Shown here: piece by piece, positions 25,697 to 35,278 of the stretch
Numbering within the stretch: position 1 is the first letter of the stretch
Layout of the letters: the number at the start of each line of letters is the position of its first letter
Assembly: GCA_005889225.1 (NCBI GenBank)
Contig: VBEW01000077.1
Span: 1-48,970 of the forward strand
Source: Chloroflexota bacterium
Lineage (GTDB): Bacteria > Chloroflexota > Dormibacteria > CF-121
DNA: 48,970 nucleotides
Reading direction: 5' to 3'
Program-made: the position numbers and the translations under genes
The notes under the pieces: generated by a model
The model's input: the letters and a program-made list of their open reading frames with translations, nothing else
Told to the model about the DNA's origin: nothing
The model's database searches: none

Positions 25697-26394
25697 GGAC
25701 GGGGATCGTCGTCTTCCCCGGCACCTGGAGTGACCGGGACTGTTCCCATGCGGTCGGTGAGATCCTCGGCGAGCCAGTGCGCTACGTCGACCATCGCGCG
25801 CGTACGCTCGACGACCTGGAGCTGGTCATCCTCCCGGGCGGCTTTTCCTACGGCGACTACCTGCGCTGCGGCGCGATTGCGCGCTTCGCGCCGGTGATGG
25901 AGGCGGTTGCCGACTTTGCGAATCGGGGAGGGCTGGTGCTGGGTATCTGCAATGGATTTCAAATCCTGCAGGAAGCGCGTCTGCTTCCCGGCGCGCTCCT
26001 CAGAAATGCCTCCTGCGAGTTTCGATGTGAGTGGGTCCACCTACGGGTTGAGCAGAGCGACTGCGCGTTTACTCTTGACTGCCGTCCCGGGCAGGTGCTC
26101 CGAATCCCGATTTCCCATGGCGAGGGCAACTTTTTCGCCGATGCGGCAACCCTTGAGTCACTCGAGCGAGCCGGGCGGGTCGTGTTCCGCTACTGTGCCG
26201 CCGACGGTCGAGTGACCGCCGCCGCGAATCCGAACGGCTCACTGCGCAACGTCGCCGGAATCTCCAACGCGCGCGGCAACGTGATCGGGATGATGCCGCA
26301 CCCCGAACGGGCCTGTGAAGCCCTGCTGGGCGGCGAGGATGGGCTCGCGATATTTCGCTCGGCCGTCCATGCGCTCACCCGGGTGGCGGTGTAG
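25693..26394 (+). CDS. purQ: FGAM synthase glutaminase subunit PurQ
   Basis: GICNGFQIL (Cys nucleophile), HGEG and [11 protein letters not shown] overlap with purS. Confidence 0.92.
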   Translation: MRTGIVVFPGTWSDRDCSHAVGEILGEPVRYVDHRARTLDDLELVILPGGFSYGDYLRCGAIARFAPVMEAVADFANRGGLVLGICNGFQILQEARLLPGALLRNASCEFRCEWVHLRVEQSDCAFTLDCRPGQVLRIPISHGEGNFFADAATLESLERAGRVVFRYCAADGRVTAAANPNGSLRNVAGISNARGNVIGMMPHPERACEALLGGEDGLAIFRSAVHALTRVAV

Positions 26395-28562
26395 TGGCCG
26401 CTTCAATAAGACAGGCCCACCTCGACGCCGTGGCCCTCGAGGAGGATGAGTACGGTACCATCGTTCGCGCCCTGGGACGCGACCCGAATGATCTGGAGCT
26501 CGGGATGCTCGGCGCGCTGTGGAGTGAGCACTGCTCCTACAAGACCTCGAAAGCGTTGCTGCGCCAGCTGCCAACCGAGGGGCCCCAGGTCCTGCAGGGA
26601 CCTGGCGAAAACGCGGGGGCTGTCGATATCGGCGACGGGCTGGCGGTGGTCTTCAAGATCGAGTCGCACAACCATCCATCGGCGATCGAGCCGTACCAGG
26701 GTGCCGCCACCGGGGTGGGAGGCATTCTTCGGGATGTTTTTGCCATGGGGGCGCGACCCATCGCGATCCTCAACGCTTTGCGTTTCGGTCCGTTGGACGA
26801 GGGCCGAAATCGTCACCTGTTCCAGGGCGTCGTCGCCGGCATCGGTGGCTACGGCAATTGCTTCGGCTGTCCTACGGTCGGTGGTGAGGTGTACTTCGAT
26901 CGCGGCTACGCCGACAACCCGATCGTCAATGCGATGTGCGTCGGGCTGGTGGCGCAGAGCCGGCTTCGCCGCGCGAAGGCTGACCACACCGGCGACGTCG
27001 TGCTCCTGGTTGGTGCCGACACGGGCCGTGATGGAATCCACGGCGCCACCTTCGCCTCCGTGGAGATGGATGAGCGATCGGCATCACGGCGCCCCGCGGT
27101 CCAGGTTGGGAACCCATTCCTCGAGAAGCTGCTCTGCGAAGCTTGCCTGCAGCTCAACGAGCTCGACGGCGTCACCGCCATTCAGGACCTGGGCGCCGCC
27201 GGACTCACGAGTGCGGCCAGCGAATTGGCCTACCGCGGACGTCGCGGCATCGACCTCGATGTCGATCGGGTGAGCAGGCGGGAGCAGGGCATGAGCGCAT
27301 ACGAGGTCATGCTGTCCGAATCCCAGGAGCGGATGCTGGTGGTGGTCAGGCCGCAGGCTGAGGCAGCGGCCCGACAGATCGTCGATCATTTCGAGTTGCA
27401 TGCGGATCGGGTTGGCAGCATCACGTCGACCGGACGGATCCGCATTCGCGACGCCGGTGCTATCGTCGCCGATCTGCCACTGAAAACGCTCGTCGATGGC
27501 GTGCCCCTGCGATCGCCGGCCGCTGCGTTTCCCGACAAACCGCCGTCGCCCGTCTGGCCCGCCGTCGATGAGCCGGAGGCCATCCTGCTCGACCTGATCG
27601 CCCGCCCGAACTTGCGCAGCCGCCGCCCCATTTACCGCACCTACGATCACCAGGTGCAGGACAACACCGTGTTCGGTCCGGGCTTTGACGCCGCCCTGCT
27701 CCGGGTGCCGGGCACGGGCAAGGCACTGGCCCTCACGACCGACGGCAATCCCTGGTACGTCGCCCTCGATCCCTATGAAGGCACCAAAGCGGCGGTTGCC
27801 GAGGCGGCCCGAAACATTGCCTGCACCGGCGCGCGTCCGATGGCCGTGACCAACTGCCTCAACTTCGGAAACCCCGAACGCCCCCAGGTTTTCGGACAGC
27901 TGCAGGAGAGCATGCGCGGAATGGCCGACGCCTGCCGCGCCTTCGAGCTGCCCGTGGTTAGCGGAAACGTGAGCCTGTACAACGAGACGAGTGAGCGGAA
28001 CATCCCTCCGACGCCGGTGATCGGCATGGTCGGCTTGCTCGACGACGTGTCGGCTCGTTGTCCCGCGGGATTTCAAGAGGATGGCGATCTCGTGTTTCTG
28101 CTGGGCGAGACCCGTGAGGAACTCGCCGGCAGTGAGTATTTGCGACTGCTTGGAGCCAAATTGGAAGGTCGGCCACCGATGGTGAGTCTCGAGATGGAGC
28201 GTCGCCTGCAAGCGGCGCTGCTCGATTCCATCGGAAGGGGAGTGCTACGCTGCGCCCACGATGTTGCCGATGGCGGTCTGCTGGTTGCGCTGGCGGAGAG
28301 CGCCCTCTTCGGCGGCCGCGGGCTCCGTTGCCCGGCCATCGTCGGCCCGGTCAGCCGTGAGGCCTTCTATTTCGGTGAATCGCAAGGCCGGGTCATCGTC
28401 AGCGTGTTGCCCCGTCGGGTACCGGAGCTGCAGAAACTGATGGCGCACCACCACGTCCCCCTGCACGCCATCGGGGTGGTGGGCGGGGAGGACTTCCAGG
28501 TGGGCTCGGAGATCCGGTTACCCCTTGATACCCTGCGTGCCGCCTGGGAGACGCCATTTTGA
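26394..28562 (+). CDS. purL: FGAM synthase subunit PurL (small type)
   Basis: WSEHCSYK and ESHNHPS. 722 aa. The GTG start shares 1 nt with the purQ stop. Confidence 0.92.
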   Translation: MAASIRQAHLDAVALEEDEYGTIVRALGRDPNDLELGMLGALWSEHCSYKTSKALLRQLPTEGPQVLQGPGENAGAVDIGDGLAVVFKIESHNHPSAIEPYQGAATGVGGILRDVFAMGARPIAILNALRFGPLDEGRNRHLFQGVVAGIGGYGNCFGCPTVGGEVYFDRGYADNPIVNAMCVGLVAQSRLRRAKADHTGDVVLLVGADTGRDGIHGATFASVEMDERSASRRPAVQVGNPFLEKLLCEACLQLNELDGVTAIQDLGAAGLTSAASELAYRGRRGIDLDVDRVSRREQGMSAYEVMLSESQERMLVVVRPQAEAAARQIVDHFELHADRVGSITSTGRIRIRDAGAIVADLPLKTLVDGVPLRSPAAAFPDKPPSPVWPAVDEPEAILLDLIARPNLRSRRPIYRTYDHQVQDNTVFGPGFDAALLRVPGTGKALALTTDGNPWYVALDPYEGTKAAVAEAARNIACTGARPMAVTNCLNFGNPERPQVFGQLQESMRGMADACRAFELPVVSGNVSLYNETSERNIPPTPVIGMVGLLDDVSARCPAGFQEDGDLVFLLGETREELAGSEYLRLLGAKLEGRPPMVSLEMERRLQAALLDSIGRGVLRCAHDVADGGLLVALAESALFGGRGLRCPAIVGPVSREAFYFGESQGRVIVSVLPRRVPELQKLMAHHHVPLHAIGVVGGEDFQVGSEIRLPLDTLRAAWETPF

Positions 28563-28591
28563 TCCGCCGCCATTGGCTCGCCGAGGAACGG

Positions 28592-29992
28592 ATGCATGAG
28601 GAGTGTGGTCTGTTCGGTATCGAGGCGCCCGGCGAAGATGTGGCCAACCTGACCTACTTCGGTCTCTACGCCCTGCAACACCGCGGTCAAGAGAGCGCGG
28701 GGATCGCGGTCAGTGATGGCAGCCAGCTACGCGTGCACAAAGCGATGGGATTGGTGGCACAGGCCTTCGATCAAGCCGCGCTCGAACGCTTGACCGGCCA
28801 GCTCGCGCTCGGGCATACGCGCTACTCGACCACCGGCTCGAACCGGCTGGAGAACGCGCAGCCGATCACCGTCGAACACCCCCAGCTCGGCACCCTGGCG
28901 ATCGCGCACAACGGCAACCTGACGAATGCCCAGCCGCTGCGCCAGGGGCTCCAAATGGAGGGCGTCCGTTTCACCACCTCCAGCGACACCGAGGTCATTG
29001 CTGAGCTGCTCGCCAGAACGGTTGGGTCTGACCTGTTCGGCGTTCTCCGCCGCGCATTGCCGCGGTTGCAGGGAGCGTACTGCCTGCTGGTGCTGAGTCG
29101 CGACAGCCTGGTCGGCGTGCGCGACCCACTCGGCATCCGCCCGCTCTGCCTTGGCCGCCTCCCCGACGGTGGCGGCATCATCGCCTCCGAGACCTGCGCG
29201 CTCGACACCGTCGGCGCCGAGTTCATCCGGGAGATCGAACCTGGTGAGGCGGTCCTGCTTGGGCAGGGCCAACCGGCAGCGGAGCAGCTGCTTCCGTCGA
29301 CGCGCAAGGCGATGTGCATGTTCGAATTCATCTACTTTGCCCGCCCGGACTCGCGCCTGCAGGGCCAGTCGCTATACGAGGCACGACGCAACATGGGCCG
29401 GGAGCTCGCCCGGGAGGCGCCGGCCGACGGCGACATCGTCATCTCCTTGCCGGACTCGGGGACGCCGGCGGCGGTCGGCTTCGCGGAGGCCAGCGGCATC
29501 CCCTACAGCGAGGGCTTGATCAAGAGCCGCTACATCACGCGGACCTTCATCCAGCCAAACCAGCGATTGCGCAACGTCGGCATCAAGCTGAAGTTCAATC
29601 CCTTGCGCGAGATCCTCGAGGGCAAGCGAGTGGTACTCGTTGATGACTCGATCGTTCGCGGTACCACCAGCCGGAAGATCGTTGAAGAGTTGCGTCGGGC
29701 CGGTACGGCAGCCGTCCACATGCGGATCAGCAGCCCGCCCATCCAGTGGCCGTGCTTCATGGGCATCGATATCGCCAGCCGCTCGGAGCTGATCGCCTCG
29801 GGCCGTACGGTCGAGGAGGTCGAGCGTCTGATCGGCGCCGACACGTTGAAATACCTGAGCAAGGCGGGGCTCTTCCGCGCGGTCAAGAATGTGACCGGCT
29901 TCTGCATGGCCTGCTTTGACGGCGATTACCCGGTCCCGGTCCCGGTGCAGCTCGAGATGGACAAGCTGGCGCTGGAGACGGTGCCGACATGA
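28592..29992 (+). CDS. purF: amidophosphoribosyltransferase
   Basis: MHEE-CGLFGI (N-terminal Cys after a short propeptide), HTRYSTTG and the PRPP motif VLVDDSIVRGTT. The ATG at 28592 is preceded by GAGGA. The ORF is also open from a TTG at 28559. Confidence 0.92.
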   Translation: MHEECGLFGIEAPGEDVANLTYFGLYALQHRGQESAGIAVSDGSQLRVHKAMGLVAQAFDQAALERLTGQLALGHTRYSTTGSNRLENAQPITVEHPQLGTLAIAHNGNLTNAQPLRQGLQMEGVRFTTSSDTEVIAELLARTVGSDLFGVLRRALPRLQGAYCLLVLSRDSLVGVRDPLGIRPLCLGRLPDGGGIIASETCALDTVGAEFIREIEPGEAVLLGQGQPAAEQLLPSTRKAMCMFEFIYFARPDSRLQGQSLYEARRNMGRELAREAPADGDIVISLPDSGTPAAVGFAEASGIPYSEGLIKSRYITRTFIQPNQRLRNVGIKLKFNPLREILEGKRVVLVDDSIVRGTTSRKIVEELRRAGTAAVHMRISSPPIQWPCFMGIDIASRSELIASGRTVEEVERLIGADTLKYLSKAGLFRAVKNVTGFCMACFDGDYPVPVPVQLEMDKLALETVPT

Positions 29993-30996
29993 GCACCTAT
30001 CGCGACGCGGGCGTCGACATCGATGCCGGGAACCGTGCTGTCGAACTGATCAAGCCGCTGGCCAAGTCAACCCAGGGGCCCGAGGTGCTGGCCGGGGTGG
30101 GGCCCTTCAGCGGGCTGTTCGCGTTGAATATCCACCGATACCGGCAACCGGTCCTGGTGGCCAGCACCGATGGCGTGGGAACGAAAGTGCTGCTCGCCAG
30201 CGAGGCCGGCCGTCACGCGCAGATCGGCGCCGACCTCGTCAACCATTGCGTCGACGACGTTCTAACCGCGGGTGCCGATCCGCTGTTCTTCCTGGATTAC
30301 GTGGCCACCAGCGTGCTCGACCCACCCGTGGTGGCCGAGGTGGTGGCCGGGATGGCGAACGCCTGCCGGCAGGCCAACTGCGCCCTGCTTGGCGGGGAAA
30401 CCGCCGAGATGCCGGGACTCTACCGCCCGGCGACGTACGACATCGCCGGCTTCATGGTGGGAGTCTGCGAGCGCGACGCCATCATCGACGGCACCTCGAT
30501 CAATGCCGGCGATGCCCTGCTGGCGTTGCCATCAACCGGCCTGCATACGAACGGCTTCAGCCTGGCGCGGCGCGTGATTCCCAGCCGGGCGCTTGCGCAG
30601 ACGATCCCCGGAAACGGTCACACGGTGCTCGAGGCGCTCCTGGCGCCCCACCCCTCGTACCTGGAGCCGGTTCGGCGGCTGCGCGAGGCCGTCACCATCA
30701 AGGGCCTGGCGCACGTCACCGGCGGTGGCATCGTGGGGAACCTGCCGAGAATTCTGCCGCTCGGCCTCGGCGCCCGCATTCAGCGTGGCTCCTGGCCTGA
30801 GCCGCCGATCTTTTCCTACCTGGCGCCCTTCGTCGCCGACGACGAGATGTGGCGAGCGTTCAACATGGGGATCGGAATGATCGTAGTGGTGGACGAGTCG
30901 AGCGTCGAGACCGCGCTGCGGGTCCTGGACGGGGAGATCTTTCAGGTCGGCGATATCGTGGCATCCGAGCAGCGGCGTGTTCAGATCCTGGAGTGA
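29989..30996 (+). CDS. purM: phosphoribosylformylglycinamidine cyclo-ligase (AIR synthase)
   Basis: YRDAGVDIDAGN and STDGVGTK. ATGA overlap with purF. Confidence 0.92.
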   Translation: MSTYRDAGVDIDAGNRAVELIKPLAKSTQGPEVLAGVGPFSGLFALNIHRYRQPVLVASTDGVGTKVLLASEAGRHAQIGADLVNHCVDDVLTAGADPLFFLDYVATSVLDPPVVAEVVAGMANACRQANCALLGGETAEMPGLYRPATYDIAGFMVGVCERDAIIDGTSINAGDALLALPSTGLHTNGFSLARRVIPSRALAQTIPGNGHTVLEALLAPHPSYLEPVRRLREAVTIKGLAHVTGGGIVGNLPRILPLGLGARIQRGSWPEPPIFSYLAPFVADDEMWRAFNMGIGMIVVVDESSVETALRVLDGEIFQVGDIVASEQRRVQILE

Positions 30997-31583
30997 GCCG
31001 GCTCCGGGTTGGCGTCCTGGTGTCCGGCCGGGGCAGCAACCTGCAGGCTCTGATCGAGGCGACGAAAGACCCGCTCTACCCGGCACGTGTCGTGGTCGTC
31101 TGTGCCAACCGCAAGTGCGCGGCGCTCGAGCTGGCCAAGAAGGCAGGAATTTCGCGCGCGACCTTCCGGCTGGCCGACTATCCCGACCGTAAGGGCCGCG
31201 ACCTCGCCATGGTCAGGAGGCTTCGCCTGCACGGCGTGGAGCTGGTGGTCTGCGCCGGGTACGATGCCATCCTGGAACGTGTGGTCACCCGCGAGTTCGC
31301 GGGTCGCATCATCAATATTCACCCCTCATTGCTGCCGGCGTTCGCGGGTACGATGGATGCCGTCGCCATGGCCCTGGAGGCACGCGTCACGGAGACCGGC
31401 TGCACGGTGCACGTGGTGACCAAAGACGTCGACATGGGTCCGGTCCTTGCCCAGCGACGCGTCGAGGTGCGTCCCGATGACACGGTGGAGACGCTTCGGG
31501 AGCGGATCCAGGCCGAGGAACACACCCTGCTGCCGGTGGTCGTCAAACGGCTCGCCGGCCTGGCCCTCCCGATCACGGTGTGA
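30993..31583 (+). CDS. purN: phosphoribosylglycinamide formyltransferase
   Basis: RVGVLVSGRGSNLQALI and NIHPSLLPAF. The GTG at 30993 overlaps the purM stop (GTGA). The upstream ORF extension from 30849 is out of frame inside purM. Confidence 0.9.
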   Translation: MSRLRVGVLVSGRGSNLQALIEATKDPLYPARVVVVCANRKCAALELAKKAGISRATFRLADYPDRKGRDLAMVRRLRLHGVELVVCAGYDAILERVVTREFAGRIINIHPSLLPAFAGTMDAVAMALEARVTETGCTVHVVTKDVDMGPVLAQRRVEVRPDDTVETLRERIQAEEHTLLPVVVKRLAGLALPITV

Positions 31584-33100
31584 ACGCGCTTCTGAGCGTC
31601 TCCGACAAGAGTGGACTTAACGATTTCGCGCGTGGTCTCGACAGCCTTGGCGTGACGATTTACGCGACCGGAGGCACCGAGCGCGCCCTGCGTGATGCAG
31701 GCATTCCCGTCCGCGCCCTTCAGGAGCTGACCGGATTCAACGAGATGCTGGATGGCCGGGTCAAGACGTTGCACCCCAACGTGCACGCCGGGATCCTGGC
31801 GCGCCGTGACGAGCCGCGCCACCTCCAGGAGCTGGCCGACCGCGAAGTGAAGCTGATCGACCTCGTGGTCGTCAACCTCTATCCGTTTGTCGATACCGTG
31901 GCGTCCGGCGCGGGCCACGCCCAAACCATCGAGTCCATCGACATCGGCGGGGTGACGTTGCTGCGGGCGGCCGCCAAGAATCACGACCATGTGCTGCCGG
32001 TGGTCCGCCCGAGTGATTACCCGACGGTGCTCGCCGCGCTCAAAGATCCTGCCGGGATCCCCCCATCGCTGCGCCGGCACCTGGCGGCGGTTGCCTTTGG
32101 ACACACAGCTGCCTACGACGCGGCGATCGGCGAGCACCTCCGCGATGGCCAGGGCAGCGCACCGCTACCGGAGGATTTCACGCTGGGCGGCCACAAGCTG
32201 CGCGACCTCCGCTACGGAGAGAATCCGCACCAGTCGGCGGCACTGTATCGGACGGCCGAGGGGGGAGGGATGGCGCAGGCCAAGCAGTGGCAGGGACTCG
32301 AACTCTCGTACAACAACCTGCTCGATGCCCAGGCCGCCTGGTCGCTGGTCGGGGATTTCTCGGCGGTGGCGGTCGCCATCATCAAACACGCGAACCCCTG
32401 CGGGGTGGCGGTTGGGACCGATGTTGCGGATGCCTTCGACCGAGCGCTGGCCAGCGACCGCCGGTCGGCGTTTGGTGGCATCGTCGCCTTCAACCGCCCG
32501 GTCGATGCAACCGTTGCCAGGAGCGTCGTCGAGCTTTTCCTCGAGGTCGTGGTCGCGCAATCGTTCGATCAGCCGGCGCTCGAGATCTTCAAAGCCAGAC
32601 CGAAACTGCGGGTACTCCAGCCGGGACCCGGGCCGTCGCAGTTGGCGCTCGACGCTCGGCCGATCACCGGCGGATTCCTGGTCCAGAGTGCGGATCACAC
32701 CGGTGATACGCTGGGCGATGCCCGTCTCGTGACCGCAAAGGCCCCCGATGACGCGACCTGGAACGACCTGCGGTTCGCCTGGACGACGGTCAAGCACGTG
32801 CGATCGAACGCCATCGTGCTGGCGCACCAGGGTGCGACCGTCGGCGTGGGCGCCGGCCAGATGAGCCGGGTCGAGGCCGTTGAGCTTGCCGTGCACCGCG
32901 CCGGCCCGCGTGCGGAGGGGGCGGTGCTGGCCAGTGATGGCTTCTTCCCTTACCCCGATGGCGTCGAGGTGGCCGCCCGCGCCGGCGTGCGGGCGATCGT
33001 CCAGCCGGGCGGCTCGGTGAAGGACAGCGAGGCGATTGCGGCCGCCGAGGCGGCTGGTGTGGCCATGGTCTTCACCGGCGAACGCCACTTCAAGCACTAG
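31580..33100 (+). CDS. purH: bifunctional AICAR formyltransferase / IMP cyclohydrolase
   Basis: [11 protein letters not shown] (MGS-like domain) and IIKHANPCG. 506 aa. The GTG start overlaps the purN stop. Confidence 0.92.
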   Translation: MNALLSVSDKSGLNDFARGLDSLGVTIYATGGTERALRDAGIPVRALQELTGFNEMLDGRVKTLHPNVHAGILARRDEPRHLQELADREVKLIDLVVVNLYPFVDTVASGAGHAQTIESIDIGGVTLLRAAAKNHDHVLPVVRPSDYPTVLAALKDPAGIPPSLRRHLAAVAFGHTAAYDAAIGEHLRDGQGSAPLPEDFTLGGHKLRDLRYGENPHQSAALYRTAEGGGMAQAKQWQGLELSYNNLLDAQAAWSLVGDFSAVAVAIIKHANPCGVAVGTDVADAFDRALASDRRSAFGGIVAFNRPVDATVARSVVELFLEVVVAQSFDQPALEIFKARPKLRVLQPGPGPSQLALDARPITGGFLVQSADHTGDTLGDARLVTAKAPDDATWNDLRFAWTTVKHVRSNAIVLAHQGATVGVGAGQMSRVEAVELAVHRAGPRAEGAVLASDGFFPYPDGVEVAARAGVRAIVQPGGSVKDSEAIAAAEAAGVAMVFTGERHFKH

Positions 33101-33165
33101 GCTGGTGTCCGACCCAACCGTCGATCCCGGCTGCGGTCCTTGGCGGCCGCTGCTATTGTTGTAGC

Positions 33166-33294
33166 TGGTCTTCGGGGCAGGGGTGTGAATCCCCGATCGG
33201 CGGTAAAGCCCGCGAGCGTCCTACGACGCATGACCCGGTGAAGGCGTAGAGCCCACTCCGGGGCCGACCGTACAGTCGGGATGAAAGAAGGCCC
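33166..33294 (+). promoter_or_regulatory. FMN riboswitch (RFN element)
   Basis: It carries the conserved RFN strings CUUCGGGGCAGGGGUGUGAAUCCCCGAUCGGCGGUAAAGCCCGCGAGCG, GCCGACCGUACAGUCGGGAUGAAAGAAGG. P1 can form between GGUCUUC (33166-33172) and GAAGGCC (33288-33294). It aligns well with the B. subtilis ribD leader as I recall it. Confidence 0.85.
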
Positions 33295-33343
33295 TCGGAG
33301 CGCACCCTGTGCGCCCGATCACTGCCCCGGCGGCCAGGGAGTA

Positions 33344-34348
33344 ATGACGATGGCCGTTCCAAAGACCGAGGCTCAGCCCGTCGCGCGGCCGGCGAGGGGC
33401 GGTCTCATCGATCGCTTCTCGGTGGTGCTCGTCGCCGTGGCGGCCACGATGTGGGCGTCCGACACCTACTTTCGGGCCCAGCTGATCGGCCATCTGACGC
33501 CGTCCCAGATCGTCGTTATCGAAGACGCGCTGGTGAGCCTGTTCCTGGTCGCGTTTCTTCTCCGCGGGCTTCCGGAAATGCGGCGGTTGGATCGGCGTGG
33601 CTGGCTGGCGATCGGGTTCATCGCGGTCGGCCCGCAGGCGGTGGCGACGATCCTCTTTACGACGTCATTCTCGTACCGGCATTTCGCCGAGACTTTTGTC
33701 CTGCAGCAGACCCAGCCACTGATTGCGATCCTGCTGGCGTGGATCATCCTGGGCGAACGACGGCGGCCGTGGTTCTGGCCGGCGGCCGCCCTGGCGATCG
33801 TCGGGGTGTACATGGTCGTCTTTTCCCAGAATCTGATGGCGCCCTTCTCCGACCTTCAACATGGCCGGCTCGAGGCCGGACTCTATGCGCTCGGCGCCGC
33901 CGCCTTGTGGGCCAGCGGCACGGTGCTGGGCCGCTTCGTGCTTGGCAAGCTCAGCTTTCCGACAACGACGGCGCTGCGCTTCACGCTGGCACTTCCGGTC
34001 CTTGTCCTTGTTGTGCTGGTTCAGAACGGCCTGTCCGGCTTCAGCCATTACCACGCGGGAGACATCTTTCCTTTTCTCGGGATCGCGCTGATTCCGGGGC
34101 TCCTCGCCCTGCTCCTCTACTACCGGGCACTGGCGAGCACCCCGGCCACCCTGGCGACGATCGCGGAAATGGCTTTCCCGGTGGCCGCGACCTTTATCGC
34201 CTCGGCGCCGCCGCCGTATGGCTTCAACCAGCCGCTCTATCTGCCGCAATTCATCGGCACCGGGCTGCTGATCGCGGTGATCTTCGTCCTGAACTGGACG
34301 AAGGAGCGGACGCCGCCCGTGGTCGTCCAACACGAAGCCGCCGCGTAA
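33344..34348 (+). CDS. DMT-superfamily (EamA-like, two-repeat, ~10 TM) transporter, candidate riboflavin/flavin transporter
   Basis: Two EamA-type halves are present (for example QPLIAILLAWIILGERRRPWFWPAAALAIVGVYMV). It lies immediately downstream of the FMN riboswitch. Start at ATG 33344 or 33350, since the ORF stretch from 33281 overlaps the riboswitch. Confidence 0.75.
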   Translation: MTMAVPKTEAQPVARPARGGLIDRFSVVLVAVAATMWASDTYFRAQLIGHLTPSQIVVIEDALVSLFLVAFLLRGLPEMRRLDRRGWLAIGFIAVGPQAVATILFTTSFSYRHFAETFVLQQTQPLIAILLAWIILGERRRPWFWPAAALAIVGVYMVVFSQNLMAPFSDLQHGRLEAGLYALGAAALWASGTVLGRFVLGKLSFPTTTALRFTLALPVLVLVVLVQNGLSGFSHYHAGDIFPFLGIALIPGLLALLLYYRALASTPATLATIAEMAFPVAATFIASAPPPYGFNQPLYLPQFIGTGLLIAVIFVLNWTKERTPPVVVQHEAAA

Positions 34349-34366
34349 CGCTGGCCGCGAGCTGAG

Positions 34367-35224
34367 GTGGCAACGGGCTTCGGCATCGATCCAGACCAGG
34401 GCCTGAGCCAGGCCGACGAGCTGCGCCTCGTTCGGTTGGCCGCCGAGCTCGGTTACGACTCGGCCTGGACGAACTCCGGGGCGGACGCGGGGGCATTCGA
34501 CCGCTGTCTGCGTTGGCACGAAGGGAGTGGACTGCCGGTTGGCATCTCCGCGGTCCCCGCGTCAGGCCGCCCGACCGCGTTTTACGCGGAACACGCGCGA
34601 CGGCTCTGGGATGCGACACATGGACGATTCACTCTGGTCGTCGGCAGTGGGCGGCTCCCACGGCCCGCTCAGACGATGCGGCCCTACCTGACCGACCTGC
34701 GACAGCAGCTGCCGGCTGCGATGCCGCTCTATGTGGCGGCGCTCGGCCCCTTGATGTTGCGACTTGCCGCCCAGCTGGCGGACGGCGTCGCGCTCAACTG
34801 GTGTACGGCCGAATGGGTCGAATGGTCTCGGCAGACCCTTAACGATGCGGCGCTCGCCGCCGGCCGGTCCGTCCCACGGGTGGTCGAGTACGTCAGGACT
34901 GCCGTCGATCCGGACGCGGACGTCGCTCGAGGGCGAGTGGCAGCGACCGCGCTCCGATACGCCCTGGGCATCCCGGCGTACCGCAGACACTTCGAGCGGA
35001 TGGGTTTTGCTGAGGAGTTGCGGCGGATCGAGGCCTTAGACGGCGCTCCCGACCCGGCGTTTGTCTCCGCGATCGGCGCATCGGGCGCGCCGGAACAGAC
35101 GCGCCAGGAATTCGAACGTCTGGCGACCGGCCTGGACCTTCCGATCGTGCGGATCCTGGTCGTGCAACCCGGTGACGTCGAGTCGGCTCGCCGCGTTCTT
35201 GACGAATGCCGGCCGATTCGCTGA
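34367..35224 (+). CDS. luciferase-like monooxygenase (LLM) class flavin/F420-dependent oxidoreductase
   Basis: TIM-barrel LLM pattern: LVRLAAELGYDSAW..., LYVAALGPLMLRLAAQLADGVALNW. GTG start 18 nt after the transporter stop. Confidence 0.72.
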   Translation: MATGFGIDPDQGLSQADELRLVRLAAELGYDSAWTNSGADAGAFDRCLRWHEGSGLPVGISAVPASGRPTAFYAEHARRLWDATHGRFTLVVGSGRLPRPAQTMRPYLTDLRQQLPAAMPLYVAALGPLMLRLAAQLADGVALNWCTAEWVEWSRQTLNDAALAAGRSVPRVVEYVRTAVDPDADVARGRVAATALRYALGIPAYRRHFERMGFAEELRRIEALDGAPDPAFVSAIGASGAPEQTRQEFERLATGLDLPIVRILVVQPGDVESARRVLDECRPIR

Positions 35225-35278
35225 CCGCGGCGACCTGTGGAAAACGTCGACACGCAGCTGTCGCAACGCGGTGCCATA

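Noticed and set aside
33281-33343. ATG at 33281 as the start of the transporter ORF
   Set aside because: This ATG lies inside the conserved 3' part of the FMN riboswitch (GGGAUGAAAGAAGG). The ATG at 33344 or 33350, after CAGGGAG, is the plausible start.
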